Assembly: GCA_951406725.2 (NCBI GenBank)
Contig: OX597823.1
Span: 72,168,001 to 72,232,000, forward strand
DNA length: 64,000 nucleotides
Reading direction: 5' to 3'
Origin: Octopus vulgaris
Lineage: Eukaryota
This document shows, piece by piece, positions 49,756-61,870 of this stretch. The notes below the pieces were generated by a model. The model was not told where the DNA came from, made no database searches, and worked only from the letters and a program-made list of their open reading frames with translations. Position numbers and translations under genes: made by a program. Within the stretch, counting starts at the first letter, position 1. Every line of letters starts with the position of its first letter.

Positions 49756-50240
49756 GGCACAGGAGTGGCTGGGTGGCAAGAAGCTTGTTTTCCAACCACA
49801 TGGTTCCAGGTTCAGTCCCTTTGCATAGCACTTTGGGCAAGTGTCATCTACTATAGCAACGGGCCGACCAAAGCCTTGTGAGTGGATTTGGTAGACGGAA
49901 ACTGAAAGAAGCCTGTCGTATATATATGCATTTATATATATATACATATGTGTGTGTGTGTGTGCATGTGTGTGTGTGCGTGTGTGTATGTGTGCGTGTG
50001 TGTATGTGTGTGTGTGTGAGTATATGTATGTCTGTCCCCCCCCATCACCAGTTGACAACCGGTGTTGGTGTGTCTACGTCCCCCGTAACCTAGCGGTTTG
50101 GCAAAAGTGACAGATAGAATAAGTACCAGATAAAAAAAATAAAATAAAAAGGACAGGGGTCAATTTATTCGACCGCAAAACTGAAGGCGGTGCCCCAGCA
50201 TGGCCGCAGTCTAATTAACGACTGAAACAAGGATAAAGGA
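49756..50240 (+). mobile_element. SINE family B, full length
   Basis: GGCACAGGAGTGGCTGGGTGG...(TG)n...GGCGGTGCCCCAGCATGGCCGCAGTC...GACTGAAAC. Confidence 0.85.
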
Positions 50241-50503
50241 TTAAAATTAGATATTATTAGGAAAAATAATAGGCGCAGGAGAGGCTGAAGCTTGCTTCTC
50301 AACCACATGGTTCCGGTTCAAACAAAGGAAAATACAAGAAAAAACGATGCTCTCCATTCCAGGCCATGGTGAGTGCTATCTAAAACTGAAAGAACAAATA
50401 TGGTATATAATGAACTTTATAGAAATAATGCATCTTCATGGGTTTGCTTTTTGTTAAGCTTTGAAATTTGTGCAACCATTCTGCCGCACCCTCTGTGTGT
50501 GTT

Positions 50504-50583
<80 letters not shown>

Positions 50584-50599
50584 TAAATAAAATAAAACA

Positions 50600-50852
50600 T
50601 ATGCATATATATAAACATATATGTACGTACCTACCTCTACATGTACATATACACGCATATATGAGTACAGGACACCAAAAAGGACGTCGAACACAATGAG
50701 AAACGAAAACATAGACACAAACCAAAGGAACTGGACATTTATTTAAAAACAGCAAAGAAATAGAATACAGGACAATTAACACAAAGAAAAAACCCCTTCT
50801 TCAGTCGCTAAAGCTTTCATCTACTCTACGTTTCGAAGGATATACATATATA

Positions 50853-50891
<39 letters not shown>

Positions 50892-51033
50892 TTATATGTA
50901 AAAAAATACAAACTGGGATAAGAACGCAAAACATTTAGAAGACGATACAAAAAACACGGACGGGACATTCGAAGCCTTCAATCTTCAGTCAAGAACCGGA
51001 TCATCCTCGCAATTTCGGCTGATTAATCTGATT

Positions 51034-51036
<3 letters not shown>
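50600..51036. repeat. Penelope-LTR-like repeats (50600-50840, homologous to 8890-9110; a second type at 50890-51036)
   Basis: Homology to 8890-9110 is visible. Both contain TCTTCAG and TTTCG cores and abut (TA)n/(TG)n. Confidence 0.5.
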
Positions 51037-51122
<86 letters not shown>

Positions 51123-51123
<1 letters not shown>

Positions 51124-52039
51124 GTCTGATGAATAAGTATCAGGACTGTTGCTATAGTAACGAAGGTAAAGCACGCTGAGTAAAACCGCTTGGCGCAGAT
51201 TGACTTTGAACTTTTCTGTGCATGCGCACTACGCTTTAACGTCTTGGTGCAATTTTGCTGTTTACAGCAGTGCTTGGAACGAATGTGTGTAGTGTGTGAT
51301 CGTCGTCGCATTGACCATGACAGAGAAAGCTGAGCTGAGAGTCTGCATCAAATTTTGCCAAGATCATGGTGATACCAGCTCAGACGTCTGCGCAAAGCTT
51401 TTAAAATGTTTCCATCACTCTCGACACAAGCAAGGAGACCTTGTCAATTGAAACCCGAGTGTCTATTATGACAGCTGAAAGCAGTATTGGCAAAACTTGG
51501 CAGACACGCGTTTCGTACCTATATCTTCAGGGATAATTGACTGAACTGAACAGTAATTAAACTGCACATCTGATAACGCCCGGATGGCGACTCGACGATT
51601 TCCCTCACAGCTGCACGCACATGTGCGGGGTCCCTCAGAATATTCGTTTCTTCAAAATGGTGCCACAGAACGACCATCTTGGAACATTTTTTCGGCCATC
51701 TTGTAAAGGTCTGAAGCACTCGTATATTTGTGTGCGGCTCATACATTGCCCTCCATACACGTTCTGCAACTTTGTATAGTCCTCTGAGTAGGTATCACCA
51801 TGCTTTTGGTAAAATTTGATTAAGATTTTCTGCTCAGCTTTCTCTATCATGGTCAATCCGACGATCACACTCTACACACCTTCCTTCCGAGCACTGCTGT
51901 AAACAGTGGAAGTGAGCTAGAAAGGTAAAACTTAGTGCACATGCAGAACAGAGATCAAGATTAAGCTTTGTTAAGCGGCTTCATTCTGCGTGCTTTAGCT
52001 TCGTTACTATGGCAACGGTCCGGATACTTATTGATCAGA
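51123..52039. mobile_element. Two convergent mariner 5' ends forming a ~0.9-kb inverted structure
   Basis: TIR-like TCTGATGAATAAGTATCAGGAC versus GTCCGGATACTTATTGATCAGA. Plus strand MTEKAELRVCIKFCQDHGDT; minus strand MIEKAEQKILIKFYQKHGDT...VYGGQCMSRTQIYECFRPLQDGRKNV (mariner HTH). Confidence 0.85.
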
Positions 52040-52094
52040 ACTAGATTATATATATACATATATATATATATAGAACTATATATATATATATATA

Positions 52095-52283
52095 GGCGCA
52101 GGACTGGCTGTGTGGTAAGTAGCTTGATTAACAACCACATGGTTCCGGGCTCAGTTCCACTGCGTGACACCCTGGGTAGGTGTCTTCTACTATAGCCTCG
52201 GTCTGACTAAAGTCATGTGAGTGGATTTGGTAGGCGGAAACAGAAAGAAGCCCATCTTATATATACATATATATATATATATG

Positions 52284-52348
<65 letters not shown>

Positions 52349-52630
52349 GTGTGTGAGTATGTGTGTGTGTGTGCGTGTGTGTGTGTATCTGTATATATGT
52401 ATGTGTGTGTATATTTGCGTGCCTGTCTTTCTCCCTCCTCCCCCAACGTCGCTTCACAACCGAAGCTGGTGTGTTTACGTCCCCGTAAGCTAACGGTTCT
52501 GCAAAAGAGAATGGTAGAATGAAAACTAGACTGAAAAGAAGAAGCCCTGGAGATGATTTGCTCGACTAAAGGCGGTGCTCTAACATGGCCACAGTCAAAT
52601 GACTGAAACAAATGAAAGAATATAAGAATA
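52095..52630 (+). mobile_element. SINE family B, full length
   Basis: GGCGCAGGACTGGCTGTGTGGTAAG...GGCGGTGCTCTAACATGGCCACAGTCAAATGACTGAAAC. Confidence 0.87.
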
Positions 52631-52777
52631 TTCTGTCAACCAAATCCATATATACATATATGCATATAATCACCCCGCATTATCTTATGGTTAATACCAT
52701 ATAGATTTCTGGTGCATCTAAGTTAAGTACCTCATTCATGTGAATTCAACAGAACTCACTTGAATCTTAATTACTTT

Positions 52778-52834
<57 letters not shown>

Positions 52835-53054
52835 TATAGTTAATCTAAATTTAGAGTGAGGGAGAGAGAAATAGTTTTATTTCGGGACTATCATTTTGTC
52901 TTGTGAAATAAACACACGCACTATATATTGGTTCTTCGCCTGCTTATTATTATTATTATTTTATGTCCATCATCTGGAAATTTTTCGTCATACACCTCTG
53001 ATCTCTTTGCGACAATCCATCCCTTGTGGGATGGAGGATCACATGTATCTATGC

Positions 53055-53450
<396 letters not shown>

Positions 53451-53686
53451 GCATTCCTTGCCCATCTTGGTAACAATTGTTACGTTGCCATTGACACGTA
53501 ATCCTTGTGCTTCAATGAAAGCGTGTTTGAACATAGTGAAACATTACCTTCCAGTAAAGAAAGTGAAAGCTGACGATGGGAAGGGCATTCGTGTACGCAA
53601 AATGTGCCTGATTCATGCAAGTAAGGACAAGCTGGTGTTTAGTTGTGCAGGTCTGTCCGTGCGCGCGCGTGTGTGAGTGCGTGTGC

Positions 53687-53749
<63 letters not shown>

Positions 53750-53965
53750 ATTGTGCCTGTGTTTGTTCATTTTTACCGCTTGGCAACCAGTTCTAGTGTG
53801 TTTTCGTCCGCGTAACTTAGTGGTTCGCATCTAGAGCTCGACAGAATAAGCGCCCCGCTTGAAAAAATGTGGTACTGAGATCATTCCATTCGACTAAAAA
53901 TTCTTTAACGCGTTACTCCAGCATTGCCGCAATCTAACGACTGAAACTAGTAAGCGATAAAAGAT
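53750..53965 (+). mobile_element. SINE family B, 3' half
   Basis: CCGCTTGGCAACC...CGTAACTTAGTGGTTCG...CTCCAGCATTGCCGCA..CGACTGAAAC. Confidence 0.65.
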
Positions 53966-54034
53966 ATCCAAACACACACATGCACTCACATGCACGCACG
54001 CACACACACACATATATACACACTCACACACACA

Positions 54035-54550
54035 CGAGAGTCGGTTGAAAAGTTCATAATCTGACGAATGTACTCTCATTGAATGTAACCAAATAAGGTT
54101 TATTTTTCAACAGTGAGGGTGCGTGGCTTAGTGGTTAGGGCATTCGGCTCATGATCGTAAGATTGTGAGTTCGATTCCCGGCGACGCGTTGTGTCCTTGA
54201 GCAAGACACTTTATTTCACGTTGCTCCAGTCCACTCAGCTGGCAAAAATGAGTTGTACTTGTATTTCAAAGGGTCAGCCTTGTCACTCTCTGTGTCACGC
54301 TGATTATCCCCGAGAACTACGTTAAGGGTACACGTGTCTGTGGAATGCTCAGCCATTTGCACGTTAATTTCACGAGCAAGCTGTTCCGTTGATCGTATCA
54401 GCTGGGACCCTCGTCGTCGTAACCGGCGGAGTCCTTTAGATTTTTCAGCATAGTTCACCTTGTGGCCAACACATTTCTCCTTTCAGTGTTGCAGTTCTTG
54501 GATCCCATTAGTGAAGCTTTCATCCTGTTGGTCAAAAATGTCATCAACAG
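54035..54550 (-). mobile_element. Mariner 3' end remnant interrupted by SINE-A
   Basis: CGAGAGTCGGTTGAAAAGTTC TIR-like end. DESFTNGIQELQH*KEKCVGHKVNYAEK; homologous to 42485-42665. Confidence 0.7.
54113..54439 (+). mobile_element. SINE family A, full length, 11-bp TSD
   Basis: About 6 differences from 37903-38229. TSD ATTTTTCAACA (54102-54112) / ATTTTTCAGCA (54440-54450). Confidence 0.9.
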
Positions 54551-54964
54551 TAGCTATTTTACAACAGAATGTCTTATATAAATGTCTGTTTATTCCATGT
54601 CAGATCATGCTCTTCCAGAATTTTCCATATGTGGATCATTACATATCTGTCGCGCCTTCGCTCCAGGGAGTAAAGTCGAATATTTTTACAGCCTCTCCAT
54701 GTAGCTCATCTGCTGCACTGTTAGAATCATTTTAGGGTAGTCACGTTGGACCGCTTCAAGCTCCGCTGTTACTTTGGCACTATATGGTAACCGTAGCTGA
54801 GAGCAATAGCGCAGGCGCCTGAGAACAAAGGTCCTCTACAGGGTCAACATAACTTCATCATCACTCATTATATTCTGCACAACGGAGAAGTTAATGTTTA
54901 CGTTTGAATTTTACGCACCGGATATCTCAAATATGCGTCAGAATCATTGAAAGTTCTTACGTAT

Positions 54965-55178
54965 ACTCTTTTACTCTTTTTTTTGTTTCAGTCATTTGAC
55001 TGCGGCCATGCTGGAACACTGTCTTTACTTGAGCAACTCGACCCCAGGACTTATTCTTTGTAAGCCTAGTACTTATTCTATCGGTCTCTATTGCCGAACC
55101 GCTAAGTTACGGGAACGTAAACACACTAGCATCGGTTGTCAAGCGATGTTGGGGGGACAAACACAGGCACACCAACAT

Positions 55179-55239
<61 letters not shown>

Positions 55240-55373
55240 CACACACACACATATATATATATACGACAGGCTATATAGTAGAAGACACTTGCTAAAGGTG
55301 CCACGCAGTGGGACTGAACCCGGGACCATGTGGTTGGTAAGCAATCTACTTAACACACAACCCCTCCTGCGCC
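54965..55373 (-). mobile_element. SINE family B with internal (CA)n
   Basis: TGTTTCAGTCATTTGACTGCGGCCATGCTGG...CTCCTGCGCC. Confidence 0.87.
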
Positions 55374-55814
55374 TATGCATGATCTTTTTGTCACGCCGTA
55401 GAAGTAAATGCATTTCATAGAATTACTTGTATATAGTACTTGTTTCCAAGATATTTGAAAGGTGACGTAGTATTATTTGTCTTCCTAATGCGGGTATTTC
55501 CTGCGAAATAAGAATTTAATCTTATTCCTGGTGAAATACATATCACTTTACGACTGAAAAAATTGTTATGAGATTTATACATTTATTAGCAGTTGCACCC
55601 ACACTTAGGACACGTAGCTTTTTACTCACTTGCAATATTATCTCTCTCTCTCTCTCCCTCTCTCTCTCTCTCTATCCCTCTCTCTTACACCTTTTCTTTT
55701 TCTACTCTCTTTTATCTTCCATATTCAGTTTCAAGACGTAATACAGAAATACTTGAATATAATTAAATACTTATTATTTACACTATGATACATACTCTCA
55801 GGTATTAGTTTCAG

Positions 55815-56025
55815 ATTTTGGTGCAGGCCGGCAAATTCGAGGGATAGGAGTAAGTCGATTAAATCGACCCTAGTACCCAACTGGTACTTATTTTATCGAC
55901 CCCGAGAGGATAAAAGGCAAAGTCGACCTCGATAACAGTTGAACTCAGAACGTGAAGACGGACGAAACACCCCTAAGCATTTCGCCTGGCGTACTAACGA
56001 TTGCGCCAGCTCGCCGCCCTCGCCA
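55815..56025 (-). mobile_element. SINE family C
   Basis: CAACTGGTACTTATTTTATCGACCCCGAGAGG...GCCAGCTCGCCGCC. Confidence 0.8.
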
Positions 56026-56061
56026 CTTTAATATATTCTCAGATACTGACACGCAAGGACT

Positions 56062-56180
56062 CATAGTTCCGTGTTCAGTCCCACTGCATGGCACCTTGGG
56101 CAAGTGTCGTCTACTATAGCCTCGGGCCGACCAAAGCCTTGTGAGTGGATTTGGTAGAAAAAACTGAAAGAAGCCCTTTG

Positions 56181-56223
<43 letters not shown>

Positions 56224-56470
56224 ATATGTATAATATGTATATGTTTGTGTATCTGCGTTTGTCCCCCCACCCCCCAACATCGCTTGACAATCGGTGCTGT
56301 TGTGTTTACGTCCCCGTAACTTAGCGGTTCGGCAAAAGAGACCGATAGAATAAGTACTAGGCTTACAAAGAATAAGTCCTGGGGTCGATTTGCTCGACTA
56401 AAGGCGGTGCTCCAGCATGGCCACAGTCAAATGGCTGAAACAAATTAAAGAGTAAAAGAGTAAAAGAGAG
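56062..56470 (+). mobile_element. SINE family B, slightly 5'-truncated
   Basis: GTTCAGTCCCACTGCATGGCACCTTGGGCAAG...GGCGGTGCTCCAGCATGGCCACAGTC...(AAAAGAGT)n tail. Confidence 0.88.
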
Positions 56471-56724
56471 ATCCTCCTGTGTTTTCTTTCTATCCAAAGC
56501 CAGGAAGATTCCAGCACTCCTCGTATCTGCTAGAAAGAACGGTTATAAAGAGATTATTTATGCTTTAAACTTTTCAAGATGATTTTTACAGATTTTTATT
56601 GTTTCAGATACTATTATTGTTTGTAGCGTATGAACGAATAAACATAGAAGACACTTGATTGTCTTGCCATACAAATTCGATAGAATATACTAAACACCAA
56701 ACTTCAAACTATATTCACTGATCA

Positions 56725-56930
56725 ATCTTTTACTTGTTTCAGTCATTAGACTGCGGTCATGTTGGAGCACCACCTTCAAAAACTTTTCGTCGAATGAATC
56801 GACGCTTGTACTTATAATGTTGTTAAGCTTGGTACTTGCTCTATTGGTCACTATTGCCGAAACGCTAATGTTACGGAGATGTAAACACACCAACACCGGT
56901 TGTCTAGCGGTGGTGGTGGTGGTGGGACAA
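56725..56930 (-). mobile_element. SINE family B, 3' half
   Basis: TTTACTTGTTTCAGTCATTAGACTGCGGTCATGTTGGAGCACC...GTAAACACACCAACACCGGTTGTC. Confidence 0.75.
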
Positions 56931-57412
56931 ACACTCACTCACACCCACATACCCAAACATATACACACGCGCACACACATACACACACACACATACATAC
57001 ATACATACACACACACATACATACATACATACATACATACATACACACACACACATACATACATACATACACACACACATACATACACACATACATACAT
57101 ACATACATACATACATACATACATACATACATACATACATACATACACACATACATAAATACGTAAATACACACATAGACATGACAGAAGTAAATAGACG
57201 TCTCATAAAACATTGTTTTATGTTTATTCTAACTTGAAAAGGTTTATATTTTTTATTAATTGACATTTTTTTACGTTTCAGGTTCTATATGTGACTGTTT
57301 AATCATGCCATATACAAAAGAATCCTTGGAACTGTCTGAATTTCAAAGGGGCCGTATTGTGATTGGGAAGCCGGCTTCTTACCAGATAGCTGGGGCGGGG
57401 GGGGGGGATGAA

Positions 57413-57760
57413 GCACTCCGTCGGTTACGACGATGAGGGTTCCGGTTGATCCGAATCAACGGAACAGCCTGCTCGTGAAATTAACGTGTAAGTGGCTGAG
57501 CACTCCACAGACACGTGTACCCTTAACGTAGTTCTCGGGGATATTCAGCGTGACACGGAGAGTGACAAGGCCGGCCCCTTGAAATACAGGTACAACAGAA
57601 ACAGGAAGTAAGAGTGAGAGAAAGTTGTGGTGAAAGAGTACAGCAGGGATCACCACCATCCCCTGCCGGAGCCTTGTGGAGCTTTTAGGTGTTTTCGCTC
57701 AATAAACACTCACAACGCCCGGTCTGGGAATCGAAACCGCGATCCTATGACCGCGAGTCC
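57413..57760 (-). mobile_element. SINE with a family-A 3' half but a different 5' half
   Basis: 57413-57592 matches the SINE-A tail. 57593-57760 is unrelated and ends in a tRNA-like B-box (GTTTCGATTCCC on the minus strand). Confidence 0.75.
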
Positions 57761-58086
57761 ACCAGATAGCTACACCTTCTATAAATATGGGACATATAGT
57801 TTAATTTGAATTTGAAAGTACTTCATAGGGAAGTATTTCCTCCGTAATGAGCAGTGGGGTACATACCAAGAAAACAGCACGGCTTTGTCACATTAGAACA
57901 AAGTTATATTGTTAAAAAGCTTCGGAAGACCTATCACATAAATTATCAGAACTGTGTATATCGAACTAACAACGAATAGTGGTGCAGCGAACAAAAAAAG
58001 GTTCGCGATGCAGATGTGAAAATACATGCAAATTTCTTCTTCTTCTTCTTCTTCTTCTTCTTCTTCTTCTTCTTCTTCTTCTTCTT

Positions 58087-58147
<61 letters not shown>

Positions 58148-58152
<5 letters not shown>

Positions 58153-58298
58153 TAGTTTTTTTTTTATAGCGTGCTTTCACTTCACTACCGAGCGCAGCTC
58201 TGTGTGCCTTAGGTATGTGCTGTGATTTGTTGTGATGCTCTGATGGTTATTGTATGGAAAGTGTTCTGCGTAGAATGTGTGCAGTGCCTAGTAGTGCA

Positions 58299-58300
<2 letters not shown>
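58148..58300 (-). mobile_element. R4/Dong-type LINE, extreme 3' end, in (TAA)n
   Basis: IALLGTAHILRRTLSIQ* plus a 3' UTR homologous to 59711-59862. (TTA)n on both sides. Confidence 0.85.
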
Positions 58301-58361
<61 letters not shown>

Positions 58362-58424
58362 TTATATAATATTGAATGCTTTTGCAACTCAGTAACATAA
58401 CGTGATGGGAAAATGCCTTATTAT

Positions 58425-59060
58425 TTATTTATTGAGTCTGGAGAAAAAAACGCAGTGTCCACGAGGGCTTGCTGTTCTATTAATAATCCCTTTAAACACC
58501 TGCAAGGACGACATGTTTGGGGCAGAAAATTCCAATGAGGGCAGTGTTTTGAGAAGGTAAAGACTGGGGTAGTGTTGTGCGGAGGAGTGGTAAATACGGT
58601 TAAGGTGACAAGACATGGAATGTTGAGTATGTGGGTGTACCTGAGTGAACGAGATACGACGTCAACCAGCCAGTCAGCCAGGTAACCAACTCCGAGAAAC
58701 AGAGACCTTTATTGTAGTGGCAAAAAAGAAAATGTGAAAGGAGAACACCACTTAGTAGCCAGAGGTCTGAGTAGGTCTCTTAGAGATTGAAAGCTATTCA
58801 TTCGATACCTTTCCTCTGGATGTGGTGTGTGCAGGTAGCACCAACTCCCACCCAGATATACGAGCAGTACTCTATTTGTGTAGATCACACGAGCATTTAG
58901 AGTGTCAATGGTTGTTTGGGGAAGAATTAATTTCTGGCTCTGAAGAGAAAAACTTGTGGTAGGGATGCGGTCCCAATTATGTTAAAGAGGTACTTTGACC
59001 AGTAGAAACCGTCAGTAGTAATGAGATTGAGTATTTGGAGCAATTGTAAGGACACTGGGT
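58425..59060 (-). mobile_element. Decayed CR1/Jockey-group LINE C-terminal fragment
   Basis: FLFRARN*FFPKQPLTL...QIEYCSYIWVG...HIQRK...YNKGLCFSEL...SLQVFKGIINR. Confidence 0.55.
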
Positions 59061-59129
59061 ATTTTCCCGTTTAGTGGTGGTGCAGCGAACAAAAAAAGTT
59101 CGCAATGCAGATGTGAAAATAGATGCAAA

Positions 59130-59227
59130 TTTCTTCTTCTTCTTCTTCTTCTTCTTCTTCTTCTTCTTCTTCTTCTTCTTCTTCTTCTTCTTCTTCTCTC
59201 TCCCCCTCTTCCTCCTCGTCGTCGTCG

Positions 59228-59263
<36 letters not shown>

Positions 59264-59322
59264 CCACCACCACCACCACCACCATCATCACCACCACCAC
59301 CACCATCATCATCACCACCACC

Positions 59323-59356
<34 letters not shown>

Positions 59357-59359
59357 TCA

Positions 59360-59398
<39 letters not shown>

Positions 59399-59416
59399 TC
59401 ATCATCATCATCATCA

Positions 59417-59483
<67 letters not shown>
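59130..59483. repeat. Compound trinucleotide array TTC-GTC-ATC-ACC-ATC-GTC-ATC-ATT
   Basis: Directly visible. Confidence 0.95.
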
Positions 59484-59485
59484 CA

Positions 59486-59700
59486 AGGCGGTGAGCTTGC
59501 AGAATCGTTAGAACTTCGGGCAAAATGCTTAACGGTGTTTCGTCTGTCTTTACGTTCTGATTTCAAATTCCACCGAGGTCGATTCGCTTTTTACCCTTTC
59601 GGGGTCGATAAATTAAGTACCAGCTGTGTACTGGGTTCGATCTAGTTGACTGTCTCCCTTCTCCAAAATTTCGGGTCTTGTGCCTAGAGTAGAAAAGATT
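59486..59700 (+). mobile_element. SINE family C, full length, with (ATT)n tail
   Basis: GGCGGTGAGCTTGCAGAATCGTTAG...CTTGTGCCTAGAGTAGAAAAG(ATT)n. Confidence 0.85.
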
Positions 59701-59710
59701 ATTATTATTA

Positions 59711-60686
59711 TTCAGTAGGTTTATTTTAATAACGTGCTTTCACTTCACTACCGAGCGCAGCTCTCTGTGCCTTTGTTATGTGCTGTGGTTTGCTGTGATA
59801 TTCTTATGGTTACTATATTGAAAGAATTTTGTGTAGGATGTGTGCGGTGTCCAGTAGTGCAATTTTCTGTATGATATGTATATTTGTAAGTCCTGGTGTT
59901 CTTGTTATGTATTTGTCTGAATATTTTTTTATCATACCTAATGCACCTACTATGATAGGAATTGTTTCTGTTTTCAGGTTCCACATTCGATTTACCTCTA
60001 TTTCCAGGTCTTTATATTTTGAAAGTTTCTCCATTTCTTTTAGAGAAACGTTGTCATCTGCTGGTATTGTTACATCAATTAGAAAGCATTTTGTTTCTTC
60101 ATGATCTCTGACAACTATATCTGGTTTGTTGGCCTTAATTTCTCTATCTGTATGTATTGGCATATCCCAGAGTATGGTCGCTTTCTCGTTTTCTGTGACC
60201 TTTTCTGGCGTGTGCTTATACCATCCTTTTTCTGTTGTTATTCCATAGTGTTGGCGTAGCTTCCAGTGTATGTAGGTCCCAACTCTGTCATGTCTGTGAA
60301 TATGTTCCTTCTTAGCCAGGACTAGGCAGCCAGAGATAATATGATTTATTGTTTCTTGTCCATCTCCTCATATTCTGCAGTTACTTGTTATGTTTCTTTT
60401 CATTACAAGTTTTTGGTAATTTCTGTCGGGGAGGCTTTGGTCTTGTGCTGCAATTAAAAATCCTTCAGTCTTTGCTTTGAGTCCTTAGCTTCTCCACCAT
60501 TGCTGGGATTTTTCTCTGTCTAGTTTCTTTGCATTTAGTTTAGCCCAGTATTTGCCACGAAAGGGCTTTTCTTGCCATCGTTTTATCATGGTCCGTTGCT
60601 CTTCTGGTTTTAGTTTGGTTTGCATTTGTTTTATACCTTTCGTTGTTTCTTCTTCTTCTTCGTATTTGTTTGGTATTATGACTTCC
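59711..60686 (-). mobile_element. 5'-truncated R4/Dong-clade LINE (CCHC zinc knuckle plus restriction-like endonuclease)
   Basis: KTEGFLIAAQDQSLP, CRI....ETINHIISGC, RHDRV, ILWDMPIHTDREIKANKPDIVV...LIDVTIP...KEMEKLSKYKDL...IPIIVGALG. Flanked by (TAA)n. Confidence 0.9.
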
Positions 60687-60706
60687 TATTATTATTATTA
60701 TTATCA

Positions 60707-61347
60707 AGGTGGCGAGCTGGCTGAATCGTTAGCACCTTGGTCAAATTGCTTAGCGGTATTTCTTCTGCCGCTACGTTCTGAGTTCAATTCCGCCGTGGTC
60801 GACTTTGCCTTTCATCCTGTCAGGGTCGATTAAATAGGTACCAGTTATGTACTGATGTCAATGTAATCGATTTAATACCTTACCCCAAATGTGGGACCTT
60901 GTGCTTCCTGTAGGAAGGATTATAATTATTATTTTCAAGGCGGCGAGCTGACAGAATCGTTAGCACACCGGGTGAAGCGCTTTAAAGTCCGCCGAGGTCG
61001 ACTTTACCTTTGATCCTTTCGGGGAAGATAAAATAAATACCAGTTGAATACTAGGGTCGATGTGATTGACTCATCTCCTCCCCCAAAATTACTGCCCTTG
61101 TGGCAAAATTTGAAACCAATATTATTATGGTTATGCGGCGAGCTATCAGAACCGTTAGCACGACGGGCGAAGTACTTAGTGGTACTTCGGCCGTGTCAAC
61201 GTTCTGAATTCAATTTCCGCCGAGGTCGAATTTGCCGTTCTTCCATTTCGGTGTCGATAAAATAAGCATCGGTTGATTACTGGCGTCAATGTTATTGACT
61301 CATCCTCTCACCCAAAATTTCAGGCCTTGTGTCTATAGTAGAAAGGA
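60707..61347 (+). mobile_element. Three head-to-tail SINE-C copies separated by (TTA)n
   Basis: Heads GGTGGCGAGCTGG (60708), GGCGGCGAGCTG (60939) and GCGGCGAGCT (61135). Each ends ..GATTAT or ATTATT. Confidence 0.82.
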
Positions 61348-61574
61348 TTATTGTTGTTGTTGTTATTGTTGTTGCTGTTGCTGTTGCTGCTGCTGTTGTT
61401 GTTGATATTGATGCTGCTGTTGTTGTTGCTGCTGCTGCTGTTGTTGTTGTTGTGGATAGGATTGATACAACAGCTCCAACACCCACTAAATGAATTATTG
61501 TTACTTCCGTGCTAAGGGCGAGTACTCTGTCTGGATTAGATCTTGTGTGGCAGAATCTTTTCACGTCATAGTCA

Positions 61575-61773
61575 TATGCAAGTGTTAATAAGAAGATCTA
61601 CATTTGTGGTATCCTTATTGCGAGATTCTACTTCACACTCACTGATAATGATGTGTTTCTCCACAACAATATGAATGACGATAGATAGGTTTAGAGACCC
61701 ATCTATCGGCATGTTACGCTTTACACAATTTGTAGAAGCATGAGAAAGGGTAGCAGTCATTTCTTCTGCCAAG

Positions 61774-61825
<52 letters not shown>

Positions 61826-61826
61826 A

Positions 61827-61870
<44 letters not shown>

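Noticed and set aside
57391-57408. G-run with G-quadruplex potential
   Set aside because: It is a short homopolymer at a SINE tail with no supporting context.
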